Shown piece after piece: positions 31,728-45,033 of a stretch of 64,000 nucleotides of DNA. Under the pieces are notes generated by a model that had not been told where the DNA came from, did no database searches, and saw only the letters and a program-made list of their open reading frames with translations. How positions within the stretch are numbered: the first letter of the stretch is position 1; each line of letters starts with the position of its first letter. This DNA is from Malacoraja senta (lineage: Eukaryota). Made by a program: the position numbers and the translations under genes. The stretch lies in assembly GCA_038087875.1 (NCBI GenBank), contig JAXLNO010000385.1, forward strand, positions 496,001 through 560,000, in the 5' to 3' direction.

Positions 31728-32740
31728 AAGCGGAGGCTTGGCGATCGTTTCACCGAACACCTCCGCTCGGTCCGCAATAACCAACCTGACCTCCCGGTGG
31801 CTCAGCACTTCAACTCCCCCTCCCATTCCGTATCTGACCTTTCCGTCCTGGGCCTCCTCCATGACCAGAGTGAGCAACAACGGAAATTGGAGGAACAGCA
31901 CCTCATATTCCGCTTGGCGAGTCTGCATCCTGGGGCGCATGAACATTGAATTCTCCCAATTTTGTTAGCCCTTGCTGTCTCCTCCCCTTCCCAGCTCTCC
32001 CTCAGCCCTCGGGCTCCTCCTCCTCCTTTTTCCTTTCTTCTCCCCCCACCCCCTATCAGTCTGAAGAAGGGTTTCGGCCCGAAATGTTGCCTATTTCCTT
32101 TGCTCCATAGATGAGACCACATCTGGAGTATTGCGTACAGTTTTGGTCTCCTAATCTGAGGAAAGACATTCTTGCCATAGAGGGAGTACAGAGAAGGTTC
32201 ACCAGACTGATTCCTGGGATGTCAGGACTTTCATATGAAGAAAGACTGGATAGACTCGGCTTGTACTCGCTGGAATTTTTGAAGATTGAGTGGGGATCTT
32301 ATAGAAACTTACAAAATTCTTAAGGGGTTGGACAGGATAGATGCAGGAAGATTGTTCCCGATGTTGGGGAAGTCCAGGACAAGGGGTCACAGTTTAAGGA
32401 TAAAGGGGAAATCTTTTAGGACTGAGATGAGAAAAACATTTTTTACACAGAGAGTGGTGAATCTGTGGAATTCTCTGCCACAGAAGGTAGTTGAGGCCAG
32501 TTCATTGGCTATATTTAAGACGGAGTTAGACGTGGCCCTTGTGGTTAAAGGGATCAGGGGGTATGGAGAGAAGGCATGTACAGGATATTGAGTTGGATGA
32601 TCAGCCATGATCATATTGAATGGCGGTGCAGGCTCGAAGGGCCGAATGGCCTACTCCTGCACCTATTTTCTATGTTTCTATGTTTCTATGTTTCTATGCT
32701 GCTGCACCCGCTGAGTTTCTCCAGCATTTTTGTCTACCTG
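31728..32740 (+). mobile_element. Second Penelope remnant with CR1 insertion
   Basis: Copy of 28576-29593 in the next tandem unit. Confidence 0.85.
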
Positions 32741-33956
32741 TAATCTCAAATGTGCTCTGTCCGTCATCGGCCTCCCCAGTTGTAGCCACACAGCCGACAC
32801 ACAACTGACTGCACAACAGTGGCGACACTATATTGGGTGGTGGTGTTACTAACAACGGAGGCCCATCGGTCATCTCCCTCGCAAGTGTCCAACAGGTGCT
32901 TGCTTCACGGTCCTCAAACTGAACTACAGCCTGGAAATCCCAGGAATTAAACATCAATAGGTGTCTCATTTTCTCAAAGCGGCAGATTAAACAACAAAAT
33001 AATATACATTTAAAATAATATAACTGCCTGTCAAATAGGTTGTTTATTTTTAAATATCCCTGACCATTGAAGTGTTTCCTTCAGTCTCTATGTGTCTCAG
33101 ATATACACATCACAGAGGGAGAAATACTCTCTTAAATTAATTGATATATAGGCACAGAAATACATAGAAACATAGAAACATAGACAATAGGTGCAGGAGG
33201 AGGCCATTTGGCCCTTCGAGCCAACACTGCCATTCATTGTGATCATGGCTGATCGTCCCCTATCAATAACCCGTGCCTGCCTTCTCCCCATATCCCTTGA
33301 CTCCACTAGGCCCTAGAGCTCTATCTAACGCTCTCTTAAATCCATCCAGTGACTTGGCCTCCACTGCCCTCTGTGGCAGGGAATTCCATAAATTCACAAC
33401 TCTCTGGGTGAAAAAGTTTTTTCTCACCTCAGTCTTAAATGGCCTCCCCTTTATTCTAAGACTGTGTGTGGCCCCTGGTTCTGGACTCGCCCAACATTGG
33501 GAACATTTTTCCTGCATCTAGCTTGTCCACTCCTTTTATAATTTTATATGTTTCTATAAGATCCCCCCTCATCCTTCTAAACTCCAGTGAATACAAGCCC
33601 AGTCTTTTCAATCTTTCCTCGTATGACAGTCCCGCCATCCCAGGGATCAATCTCGTGAACCTATGCTGCACTGCCTCAATCATAAGGATGTCCTTCCTCA
33701 AATTAGGAGACCAATACTGTACACAATACTCCAGATGTGGTCTTACCAGAGCCCTATACAACTGCAGAAGAACCTCTTTACTCCTGTACTGAAATCCTCT
33801 TGTTATGAAGGCCAACATTCCATTAGCTTTCTTCACTGCCTGCTGTACCTGCATGCCAACTTTCAGTGACCGGTGTACAAGGACACCCAGGCCTCGCTGC
33901 ACCTCCTCCTTACCTAACCTAATAGATTGAGTGTGTGAGAGATCTCTCTAAATTCA

Positions 33957-34368
33957 CTGGAGATTTGAAGGATGAGAGGGGATCTTATAGAAACATACAC
34001 AGTTATTCAGGGATTGGACAGGCGAGATGCAGGAAAAATGTTCCCGATGTTGGAGGAGTCCAGAACCAGGGGCCACACACAGTTTAAGAATAAGGGGTCG
34101 GCCATTTCGGACTAAGATGAGAAAAGACGTTTTCACCCAGAGAGTTGTGAATCTGTGGGATTCTCTGCCACAGAAGGCAGTGGAGGCCAATTCGCTGGAT
34201 GTTTTCACGATGGAGTTAGAAATAGCTCAGGGCTAACGGAATCAAGTGATATGGGGAGAAAGCAGGAATGGGGTACTGATTTAGGATGATCAGCCATGAT
34301 CATGTGGTGCTGGCTCGAAGGGCCAAAAGGCCTACTCCTGCACCTATTTTCTATCTTTCTATGTTTCT
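33957..34368 (+). mobile_element. CR1 3' fragment
   Basis: RGDLIET, FTQRVVNLW.SLP motifs and TTTCTATG tail. Confidence 0.85.
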
Positions 34369-34886
34369 AAACCACTGTGGACATCGCAGACGGGTGAGTC
34401 GGTCATTTGCTCTCAGACCGACCTTGCTGTCTGGTCCATGGGTTTGAATTCACATCTACCTGTCTACTGGTCTGAAGTAGTTCAATTAAAATAGACTGCA
34501 GATTGAACCGGCTGGAACTAATATTCCCCGCTGGACGAAGGGTTACTCAATACCCCCCGTTCGCTGATCAGAAGCGGCATTTTAAGTTTTCCTGCATTTT
34601 CTGCTGTACTTTCAATTGTGTACCCGAGAGAGCTAATTAGTATTTCTCCGAAGTGTTAGTTAAGATGAAAATATCAAATTAATGCATCATCACCTGCCGT
34701 CTTTATCTGCGTGGATCGAGCTGCAATACGCTCATTAAATATGAAATTAATTATGGATACTGAGCTAGAGTTAACCCTTCATAGTCGAACATTTGAAATA
34801 AAATGAAAGGTTTATTTATTTTACGTCATGTGTCAAGATTTAATGAAATGTCACAGGTAATCCAGGCCGATCACTGATCACATTGA

Positions 34887-35402
34887 TAGAAACATAGAAA
34901 ATAGGTGCAGGAGTTGGGCCATTCGGCCCTTCGAGCCTGCACTGCCATTCAATATGATCATGGCTGGTCATCCAACTCAGTATTCTGTACCTGCCTTCTC
35001 TCCATACCCTCTGATCCCTTTAGCCACAAGGGCCACATCTAACTCCCTCTTAAATATAGCCAATGAACTGGCCTCAACTACCTTCTGTGGCAGAGAATTC
35101 CACAGATTCACCACTCTCTGTGTGAAAAATGTTTTTCTCATCTCGGTCCTACAAGTCTTCCCCCTTATCCTTAAACTGTGACCCCTTGTCCTGGACTTCC
35201 CCAACATCGGGAACAATCTTCCTGCATCTAGCCTGTCCAACCCCTTAAGAATCTTGTAAGTTTCTATAAGAACCCCCCTCAACCTTCTAAATTCTAGCGA
35301 GTACAAGCCGAGTCTATCCAGTCTTTCTTCATATGAAAGTCCTGACATCCCATGAATCAGTCTGGTGAACCTTCTCTGTACTCCCTCTATGGCAAGAATG
35401 TA
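34887..35402 (-). mobile_element. CR1 3' fragment
   Basis: ORF 34977..35429: [32 protein letters not shown]. Confidence 0.9.
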
Positions 35403-35541
35403 TTTCCTTCTTTTGTATCTACCTTCCATTTAAAGCAGCATCTACTGTTCTTTCCAACACATCATGTCCAATCATCTACAGTGGATCAGCACGAGCCAGA
35501 TGTTGACAATGGTGTCACTGGTGGAAATATATCTGGGCCAC

Positions 35542-35729
35542 GTGCGTGTGTGCGTGCGTGCGTGTGTGAGTGTGTGTGTGCGTGTGTGCGTGCGCGTGCT
35601 AGCGTGTGTGTGTCTGTGTGTGTGTGTGTGTGTGTGTCTGTGTTTCATGTGCGTGTGTGTGTGTGTGTGTGTTTCATGTGCGTGTGTGAGTGTGTTTGTG
35701 TGTGTGTGTGAGTGTGTGTGTGTCTGTGT
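35542..35729. repeat. (TG)n-rich microsatellite at contig end
   Basis: Direct reading. Confidence 0.95.
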
Positions 35730-35929
35730 NNNNNNNNNNNNNNNNNNNNNNNNNNNNNNNNNNNNNNNNNNNNNNNNNNNNNNNNNNNNNNNNNNNNNNN
35801 NNNNNNNNNNNNNNNNNNNNNNNNNNNNNNNNNNNNNNNNNNNNNNNNNNNNNNNNNNNNNNNNNNNNNNNNNNNNNNNNNNNNNNNNNNNNNNNNNNNN
35901 NNNNNNNNNNNNNNNNNNNNNNNNNNNNN
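35730..35929. other. Assembly gap (200 N)
   Basis: Run of N. Confidence 1.
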
Positions 35930-37600
<1,671 letters not shown>

Positions 37601-37609
37601 GTTGCAGGC

Positions 37610-40600
37610 TTCTCCTGCCGCTGGACAATGGCTTCTCCGGCCGCTGGACACTGGCTACTCCGGTCGCTGGACACTGGCTCATCCGGCAACTGGGCACTGG
37701 CTTCTCCGGTCACTGGACACTGGCTTCTCCGGCCGCTGGACACCGGCTTCATAGGCCACTGGACACTGGCTTCTCCGACCGCTGGACACTGGCTACACTG
37801 GCTTCTCCGGCCGCTGGACACTGGCTTCTCCGGCCGCTGGACACTGGCTACACGGGCTACTCCAGCCGCTGGACACATGGCTTCTCCGTCCGCTGGACAC
37901 TGGCTACTCTGGCCGCTGGACACTGGCTACTCCGGCCGCGGGACACTGGCTACTCCGGTCGCTGGACACTGGCTCATCCGGCAACTGGGCACTGGCTTCT
38001 CCGGTCACTGGACACTGGCTTCTCCGGCCGCTGGACACCGGCTTCATAGGCCACTGGACACTGGCTTCTCCGACCGCTGGACACTGGCTACACTGGCTTC
38101 TCCGGCCGCTGGACACTGGCTTCTCCGGCCGCTGGACACTGGCTACACGGGCTACTCCAGCCGCTGGACACATGGCTTCTCCGTCCGCTGGACTGGCTAC
38201 TCTGGCCGCTGGACACTGGCTACTCCGGCCGCGGGACACTGGCTACTCCGGCCACTGGACACTGGCTTCTCCGGCCGCTGGACACTGGCTACTCCGGCCG
38301 CTGGACACTGGCTACTCCGGCAGCTGGACAATGGCTACGGATGCTGGACACTGGCTTCTTTGGTCACCGGACACTGGCCACTGGCTTATCCGGCCACTGG
38401 ACATTGGCTTCTCCGGCCACTGGCCACTGGATTCTCTGGCCGCTGGACACTAGCTTCTCCGGCCGCTGGACAATGGCATCTCCGGTCACCGGACACTGGC
38501 TTCTCCGGCCACTGGACACTAGCTTCTCCGGCCGCTGGACACTGGCTTCTCCGGCCACTGGGCACTGGCTTCTCTTGCCGCTGGACACGGGCTACTCCGG
38601 TCGCTGGACACTGGCTTCTCCGGCCACTGTACAATCGCTTCTCCGGCCGCTGGACACTGGCTACTCCGGCCACTGGACATTGGCATCTCCGACCGCTGGA
38701 CACTGGCTACTCCGGCCGCTGGACACTGGCTAGTCCGGCCGCTGGACACTGGCTACGGACGCTGGACACTGGCTTCTTTGGCGACCGTACACTGGCTTCT
38801 CCGGCCACTGGACACTGGGTACTCCGGCCGCTGGACACTGGCTTCTCCGGCCACTGGACACTGGCTACTTAGTCCGCTGGTTGCAGGCTTCTCCTGCCGC
38901 TGGACAATGGCTTCTCCGGCCGCTGGACAATGGCTTCTCTGGCCACCGGACACTGGCTTCTCCGGCCACTGGACACTGTCTTCTCTGGCCGCTGGACACT
39001 GGATCCACAGACAGGATTCCATCATGCCTATTTGAATTTGAGCTGAAATGTTTTATTTTAGTGTCCCTTCGGCCCATCAGGCATGTACTAGCCCCATTTT
39101 AAAACGTCCCTTCGGCCCATCAGGCCTGCACTAGCCCCATTTTGAAATGTCCCTTCGGCCCATCAGGCATGTACTAGACCCATTTTTAAATGCCCATTCG
39201 GCCCATCAGGCCGGTACTAGCCCCATTGTAAAATGTTCCTTCGGCCCATCAGGCATGTACTAGCCCCATTTTGAAATGTCCCTTCGGCCCATCAGGCGTG
39301 TACTAGCCCCATTGTAAAATGTTCCTTCGGCCCATCAGGCGGGTACTGGCCCCATTTTAAAATGTCACTTCGGTGCACCAGGCCTGTACTAGCCACATTT
39401 AAAAATGTCCCTTCGGCCCATATGTACACTGGCGTCTGCAGCCGCTGGACACTGGCTACTCCAGCCGCTGGACACTAGCTTCTGCGGCCGCTGGACACTG
39501 GCTTCTCCGGCCACTGGCTTCTCTGGCCGCTGGACACTGGCTTCTCCGGCAGCTGGACACTGGCTACTCCGGCCGCTGGACACTGGCTTCTCCGGCCACT
39601 GTACAATGACTTCTCCGGCCGCTGGACACTGGCTACTCTGGCCGGTGGACACTGAATTCACAGACAGGATTCCATCATGCCTGTTTGAATTTGAGCTGAA
39701 TTTTTTTATTTTAGCTTCGGCCTGTAGTAGCCTCATTTTTAAATGTCCCTTCGGCCCATCAGGCCTGTACTAGCCCCATTTAAAATGTCCCTTCGGCCCA
39801 TCTGCACACTGGCTTCTCTGGCCGCTGGACACTGGCTTCACTGGCTACTCCAGCCGCTAGACACTAGCTTCTCCGGCCGCTGGACACTGGCTACTCTGGC
39901 CGCTGGACACTGTCTTTGGACGCTGGACACTGGCTTCTTTGGCCACCGGACATTGGCTTGTCCGGCCACTGGACACTGGTATCTCTGGCCGCTGGATACT
40001 GGCTTCTCCGGCCGCTGGACACTAGCTACTCCGGACGCTGGACACTGGCTTCTCCGGCCACTGTACAATGGCCTTTCCGGCCGCTGGACACTGGCTACTC
40101 TGGCCGCTGGACACTGGATTCACAGACAGGATTCCATCATGCCTGTTTGAATTTGAGTTGATTAAAAAACAAATCGTGTCCCTTCGGCCCATCAGGCCGG
40201 TACTAGCCCCATTGTAAAATGTCCCTTCGGCCCATCAGGCAAGTACTAGCCCCATTGTAAAATGTCCCTTCGGCCCATCAGGCTTGTACTAGCCCCATTG
40301 TAAAATGTTCCTTTGGCCCATCAGGCATGTACTGGCCCCATTTTGAAATGTCCCTTCGGCGCATCAGGCCTGTACTAGCCACATTTAAAAATGTCCCTTC
40401 GGCCCATCTGCACACTGGCTTCTGCGGCCGCTGGACACTGGCTACTCCAGCCGGTGGACACTAGCTTCTCCGACCGCGGGACACTGGCTTCTCCGGCCAC
40501 TGGCTTCTCTGGCCGCTGGACACTGGCTTCTCCGACCGCTGGGCACTGGCTACTCCGGCCGCTGGACAATGGCTTCTCCGGCCGCTGGACACTGGCTACT

Positions 40601-40955
40601 CTGGCCGCTGGACTCACAGACAGGATTCCATCATGCCTGTTTAAATTTGAGCTGATTATTTTTTTAAGTGTCCGTTCGGCCCATCATGCCTGTACTAGCG
40701 CCATTTAAATATGTCCCTTCGGCCGATCGGGCCTGCACTAGCCCCATTTTAAAATGTCCCTTCGGCCCATCAGGCATGTAGCAGCCCCATTTTCAAATGT
40801 CCCTTCGGGCCATCAGGATCCTACTAGCCCCATTTTAAAAAATGTTCCTTCGGCCCATCAGGCATGTACTAGCCCCATTTTAAATGTCCCTTCGGCCCAT
40901 CAGGCCGGTACTAGCCCCATTTTAAAATGTACCTTCGGTCCGGCAGGCCTGTACT
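37610..40955. repeat. Composite satellite: 23-bp arrays, ~60-bp linker and 43-bp arrays, repeated four times
   Basis: 23-mer GGACACTGGCTTCTCCGGCCGCT; 43-mer GTCCCTTCGGCCCATCAGGCATGTACTAGCCCCATTTTAAAAT (starts 39063, 39106, 39149); linker CACAGACAGGATTCCATCATGCCT at ~39006, ~39659, ~40121 and ~40615. Confidence 0.95.
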
Positions 40956-42127
40956 ATGATAATAATCATAAGAGTCATTTGAATCATTGACTTTTATTTC
41001 ATTTTAATAAAATTGTAAGTGGCCGGTAATTACACTTTAAGAGCAAGCGCAAAAGCAAAAATCGTTTTTTTCCTCCGAGACAGCAAGCGCAAGCAAACAA
41101 GCAGCTCTCAGCCTGGTCATTCATTCTTCATTGTTGAGATCTGCAAAAAATATATATAAGAAACAGGAAACTTAGAGCACTGCATTGTGAAGTTATCGCA
41201 TTTATCGCATGTGCTCAGCCAGTCTGTGCCCGTGCCCGTGCCCGCAACAGCAGCATCTTCACACAGACCCAGACCAAGACCCAAGGGGGGGACCGCGCAC
41301 ACATCTCTCTCATCTGCGGGAAATAAAAGGAAAACAAATCATTTTTTTTAGCTCCACACCTCGATCCCCGTCTGGCGAACACAACCCAGCACCATTTACA
41401 CACAATATCCTGCTATTTATCTCATCGAATCGAGAAGATCGATCTTATGATTATATTAGATAAATATTATATATTTGTATATTTTTTAATTTTTTTCACA
41501 ACCCACACGGACCTTGCACGCTTCTCCACACACCCGGAGCATCTTTCACCCTATCTCTCTCTCTCTCTCTCACACGCGCACGCACGCACACACACACAAA
41601 CACAAAAACACACATAAAACTCTTCACTAGTTTCCACTGACCTTTCTCTATCAGCCGATACAAGATTCCTTCAACCTACCTCCGATTCTGCATCTATCCG
41701 ACTCTCCGTGTGTGTCCGTGTGTGTCCGTGTGTCTCCGTGTCCCCCAACTCTCCAGCCTGCGACTGCTCGCTTCCGCCGCCGCTCACAAACTGAATCTCT
41801 TTCCCTCCTCAAAACGATACAAAACCAACCGACCCACCCACCTCCCCTCGCTTCCCATTGGACAAAGGCAGCTGGCAGGCAGGCAGGCAGGGGCAGGCAA
41901 GATTTTGCAACATTTATTTGCTAAATTAATCTCCTAAATTATTTGCTAAATTTTGAAAAATTATTGCTATGCAATGCATTTAACATCCCAAGGGGTTTAC
42001 AATATTACTTTCATGCAACGCCCTCCCTCGCTCGCTCGCTCGCTCGCTGCATTTAACATTGCAGGTGTGTGTGGGCAAAATTATTCCAATGGAATGCATC
42101 TATTGCATGTCACATTTCTATTGAGAG

Positions 42128-42668
42128 TGTGAGGAAGGGGTTAATAGGTATACGTTGATTTAGACCAGAACCCTTTGTATAGTAGGGAGTATAGTAGGGA
42201 GGATAGGGGGAGTGAAGGACGAGTACAGATGGTGACTATTTCAAGGATGACAACAGAGAAGATAGCAACAGCCCAGCAAAGAACTAGGGTAAGAGTCAGG
42301 AGAAACACTCTGTGCGCATGGGCAATGAACTTACATGAATATGTACACACACCCACTATGACAAGATGCCTTATTTAAATGCACATGCGATGCATGATAT
42401 GGGAGGTGTCTTTGACGTCGGGTGGACGTTCCAGGACGTTCTCGTGGGAATGAGGGCTTTATGTTATGATTGGAAGAAGCACAATGGGGAGGGATGAGGG
42501 TGTGACAATGATACCCATGAAATGTATAAAGATAGAAGACATCCCGATCCTCGGTGTGCCTCTAGGGGACATCAAAGGAGAAGCACCTATTCTGCAGAAT
42601 ATGATATGAATAAAAAGCTTCTTTGCCGACTTTGTCTCTAAAAGCGTTTGTGATTTTTGAATCTCACA
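42128..42668 (+). repeat. 5' LTR
   Basis: TGTGAG...CTCACA inverted termini; TATAAA ~42524; AATAAA ~42609. Confidence 0.95.
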
Positions 42669-42673
42669 ATTTT

Positions 42674-42691
42674 TGGGGGCTCGTCTCGGGA
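42674..42691 (+). promoter_or_regulatory. Primer-binding site, tRNA-Pro type
   Basis: TGGGGGCTCGTCTCGGGA just after the LTR, versus canonical PBS-Pro TGGGGGCTCGTCCGGGAT. Confidence 0.85.
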
Positions 42692-43057
42692 CCCGCACTC
42701 CGGCTGGCTGACGACTGTATACGGAAGAAGGGACGGTGCACCCCGTTGATTTCAGCGGTCCTAGACCCCTAGATTGCCGTCAGCGGTTTGGGCGAGTGGT
42801 ATCCCTGAAGAGAGACTCAGCAAAGAAGTGGGAGTAGTTGGAAATCCGATCGGGAGGAAGATCGGGGGGAAATTCGCGAAGGAGCCAAATCGAGTGATTC
42901 TTGTGCACAGGACCCGGGTAAGAAAACTGACTATTAAGTACTACTCGGGCGATTAAATAAGACCTTGTGGATACCGCCCTGAAGAATTCAGGGGTCTGTA
43001 CGGGCAAGGCAGTAAAATGGCGGGAAAATAGATCGGGGGGAAATTCCGATCGGGAGG

Positions 43058-44480
43058 ATGGGCCATGAGAACGGAAAGCCCACAAGGGAGGGGAAGGGCG
43101 GTAAGCCCGACCCCAGCATTCTGCCTGATAGTCCGTTGGGGCGAATGCTGAGCCTCTGGGGGCAGGGAAATACCCAGGGAATTGGAGGACAAAAATGATT
43201 GAGCCTCTGGGGGCAGAGAAATACCCAGGGAATTGGAAGACAAAAATGACTTGATTCTGTTATATTGAGTTTTAATACATGTAAAAGATGTTGCATTTAT
43301 TTGAAGTAAGAATGGAACGAATGTGATTTGTGTGTAAAAACCGGTTTGGAATGAAAGAGGAAGTTTATATATGTGATAATTATTTTGTTTATTGTATTTG
43401 TAGACCACATTGTAAGAGTAAGTAAGTAAGCAAGTTTTATTAAAATCAAAAATGTTCACTGTAGGTAGGTGTATGTTCCTTTAAATAAATCAGGTCATGG
43501 TGAAAGGCGACGAACAGCTGTAAGATAACGATTAATTGTTTGTTGGCCTTAACCTAGAAGGGGAAGTTGTGAAACCAGCTTTTTGTTTTTCTGATGTTCT
43601 TTTAGATTTCTAGTCAGTAAAGATAATTTGGAGAATTGTTACTAGTGCTAGGAATTGGACATTTAAAATAGTGGTGAATATGGATTGAAATAATTGGAAA
43701 TAAGTTAATTGGTAAACATTGAAGTTTAGAAAGAAAGGAGAGGCAGTAAGAAGATAACAGAAGTAGAAAAACGACAGGCGTGAAAGTAATAAAGCAGGAG
43801 GAGTCAGTGGAAGATTTTTGCAAGGAGGCCAGAATATTTGAGAAGCAAGAAATTGAGTTTAGAATTAGAAAGAAGGTATACCAGAAAGGATTAAAGTTGG
43901 AAGCATTGGGATAAAGTGATGAGACTGCTTTAAAGAGAAAAGAGAAGGACAGACACGGATTATCCCTTGGGGCACCCATAAACTGAAAGGGCTAAAAAAA
44001 TACCTCACCCTATATCCCTGATGGGGGAGGAAATGGATTAGGGCTTTGGAGGAGGAGAACGTGGGACGATTATTGATCATGGAAGATTTGAAGGCACTGT
44101 TGGTAAAAGTGATAGGAACCACTAAAGTGACAGAACTACTGAAGATGGATGGTATAAATTGATGCGAACAATGTAACAAGCAATGGCATACTGTTTGACA
44201 CAGTCAGGCAGAGGGTATGGCAGACCCTCAGACAATGTTACCCACTTAAGAGGAACCCCAAGGAACAAAGGGAGATACAGAAGGAAAGGCAAATAGCCTA
44301 TCTGGAAAACCAGCTGAAAAGGTGGAGAGTTGATTGATGAACATTATATTATGAACTACTGTGGTGGATGTCATTCTTCTTAAAGTCAAGCAGATTCAGC
44401 GAACAGTTGGTCTCTGCGGTCGAGAAATATCGCAAAGATAGGAAAAAGACTTGCAAACCAGCAGGAGGAGGTGTTGTCAA
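43058..44480 (+). pseudogene. gag: Decayed gag
   Basis: MG start and PDSPLGRML..W matrix-like motif; capsid-like GGKWIRALEEENVGRLL..EDLKALL at ~44020-44100; many stops and frameshifts. Confidence 0.65.
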
Positions 44481-45033
44481 TAAACAATGGACCTAAGGGA
44501 GTCCTATGACGGAACCAAGCAGGGCCAGAGAATTACATGCCAATAATGAATGTCTTTGGGGTACGTTTCCTCAAAAAGTCGTTTCAGGAGTGAAATTAAT
44601 CTGGATATAAGCCCTAACAGGACTGGGGTCCCCAAGAGAGAAAGGGATTTAAAGGAGGATTTGTTGGTATTGTTGCATAAGTAACAAGCGATGTAAGGGA
44701 GAGAGAGAGATTAAAAAAAAAATACTTCAGAATATAGGACAGAGTATGATAACCTCGGGAAAAGGCAGGATATAGTTCAGACTAGATTAGGTATAAGCCC
44801 TGTAGTGTCGTTTATGATGAATAAGGTAATTAAGCGGTTTGGTAGACCTACAGAAATCAGCTTTGACAACGGATTGTTTTCATTTAGGGTGTAGCTAAGT
44901 TGGCGATAGAGACCCTTAGAGTAAAATACACATTTGGGTATGTAACACCTGCAGTCACAGGCATGGTGGAAAGAATAAATGGAACATTGAAGGTTAATAT
45001 AAATAAGATGTGTTTAATTACAAAGTTGAATTG

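Larger units (their letters stand above)
26104..33922. repeat. Tandem segmental repeat, ~3.15 kb unit x ~2.5, made of CR1 fragments in both orientations, a Penelope remnant and a non-TE-looking spacer
   Basis: Marker ATGCTGCTGCACCCGCTGAG recurs at ~26376, ~29550 and ~32696; ORF-track peptides recur in triplicate. Confidence 0.93.

Noticed and set aside
37610..40955. CRISPR-like array
   Set aside because: Repeats are contiguous with no unique spacers, no cas genes, and the context is vertebrate.
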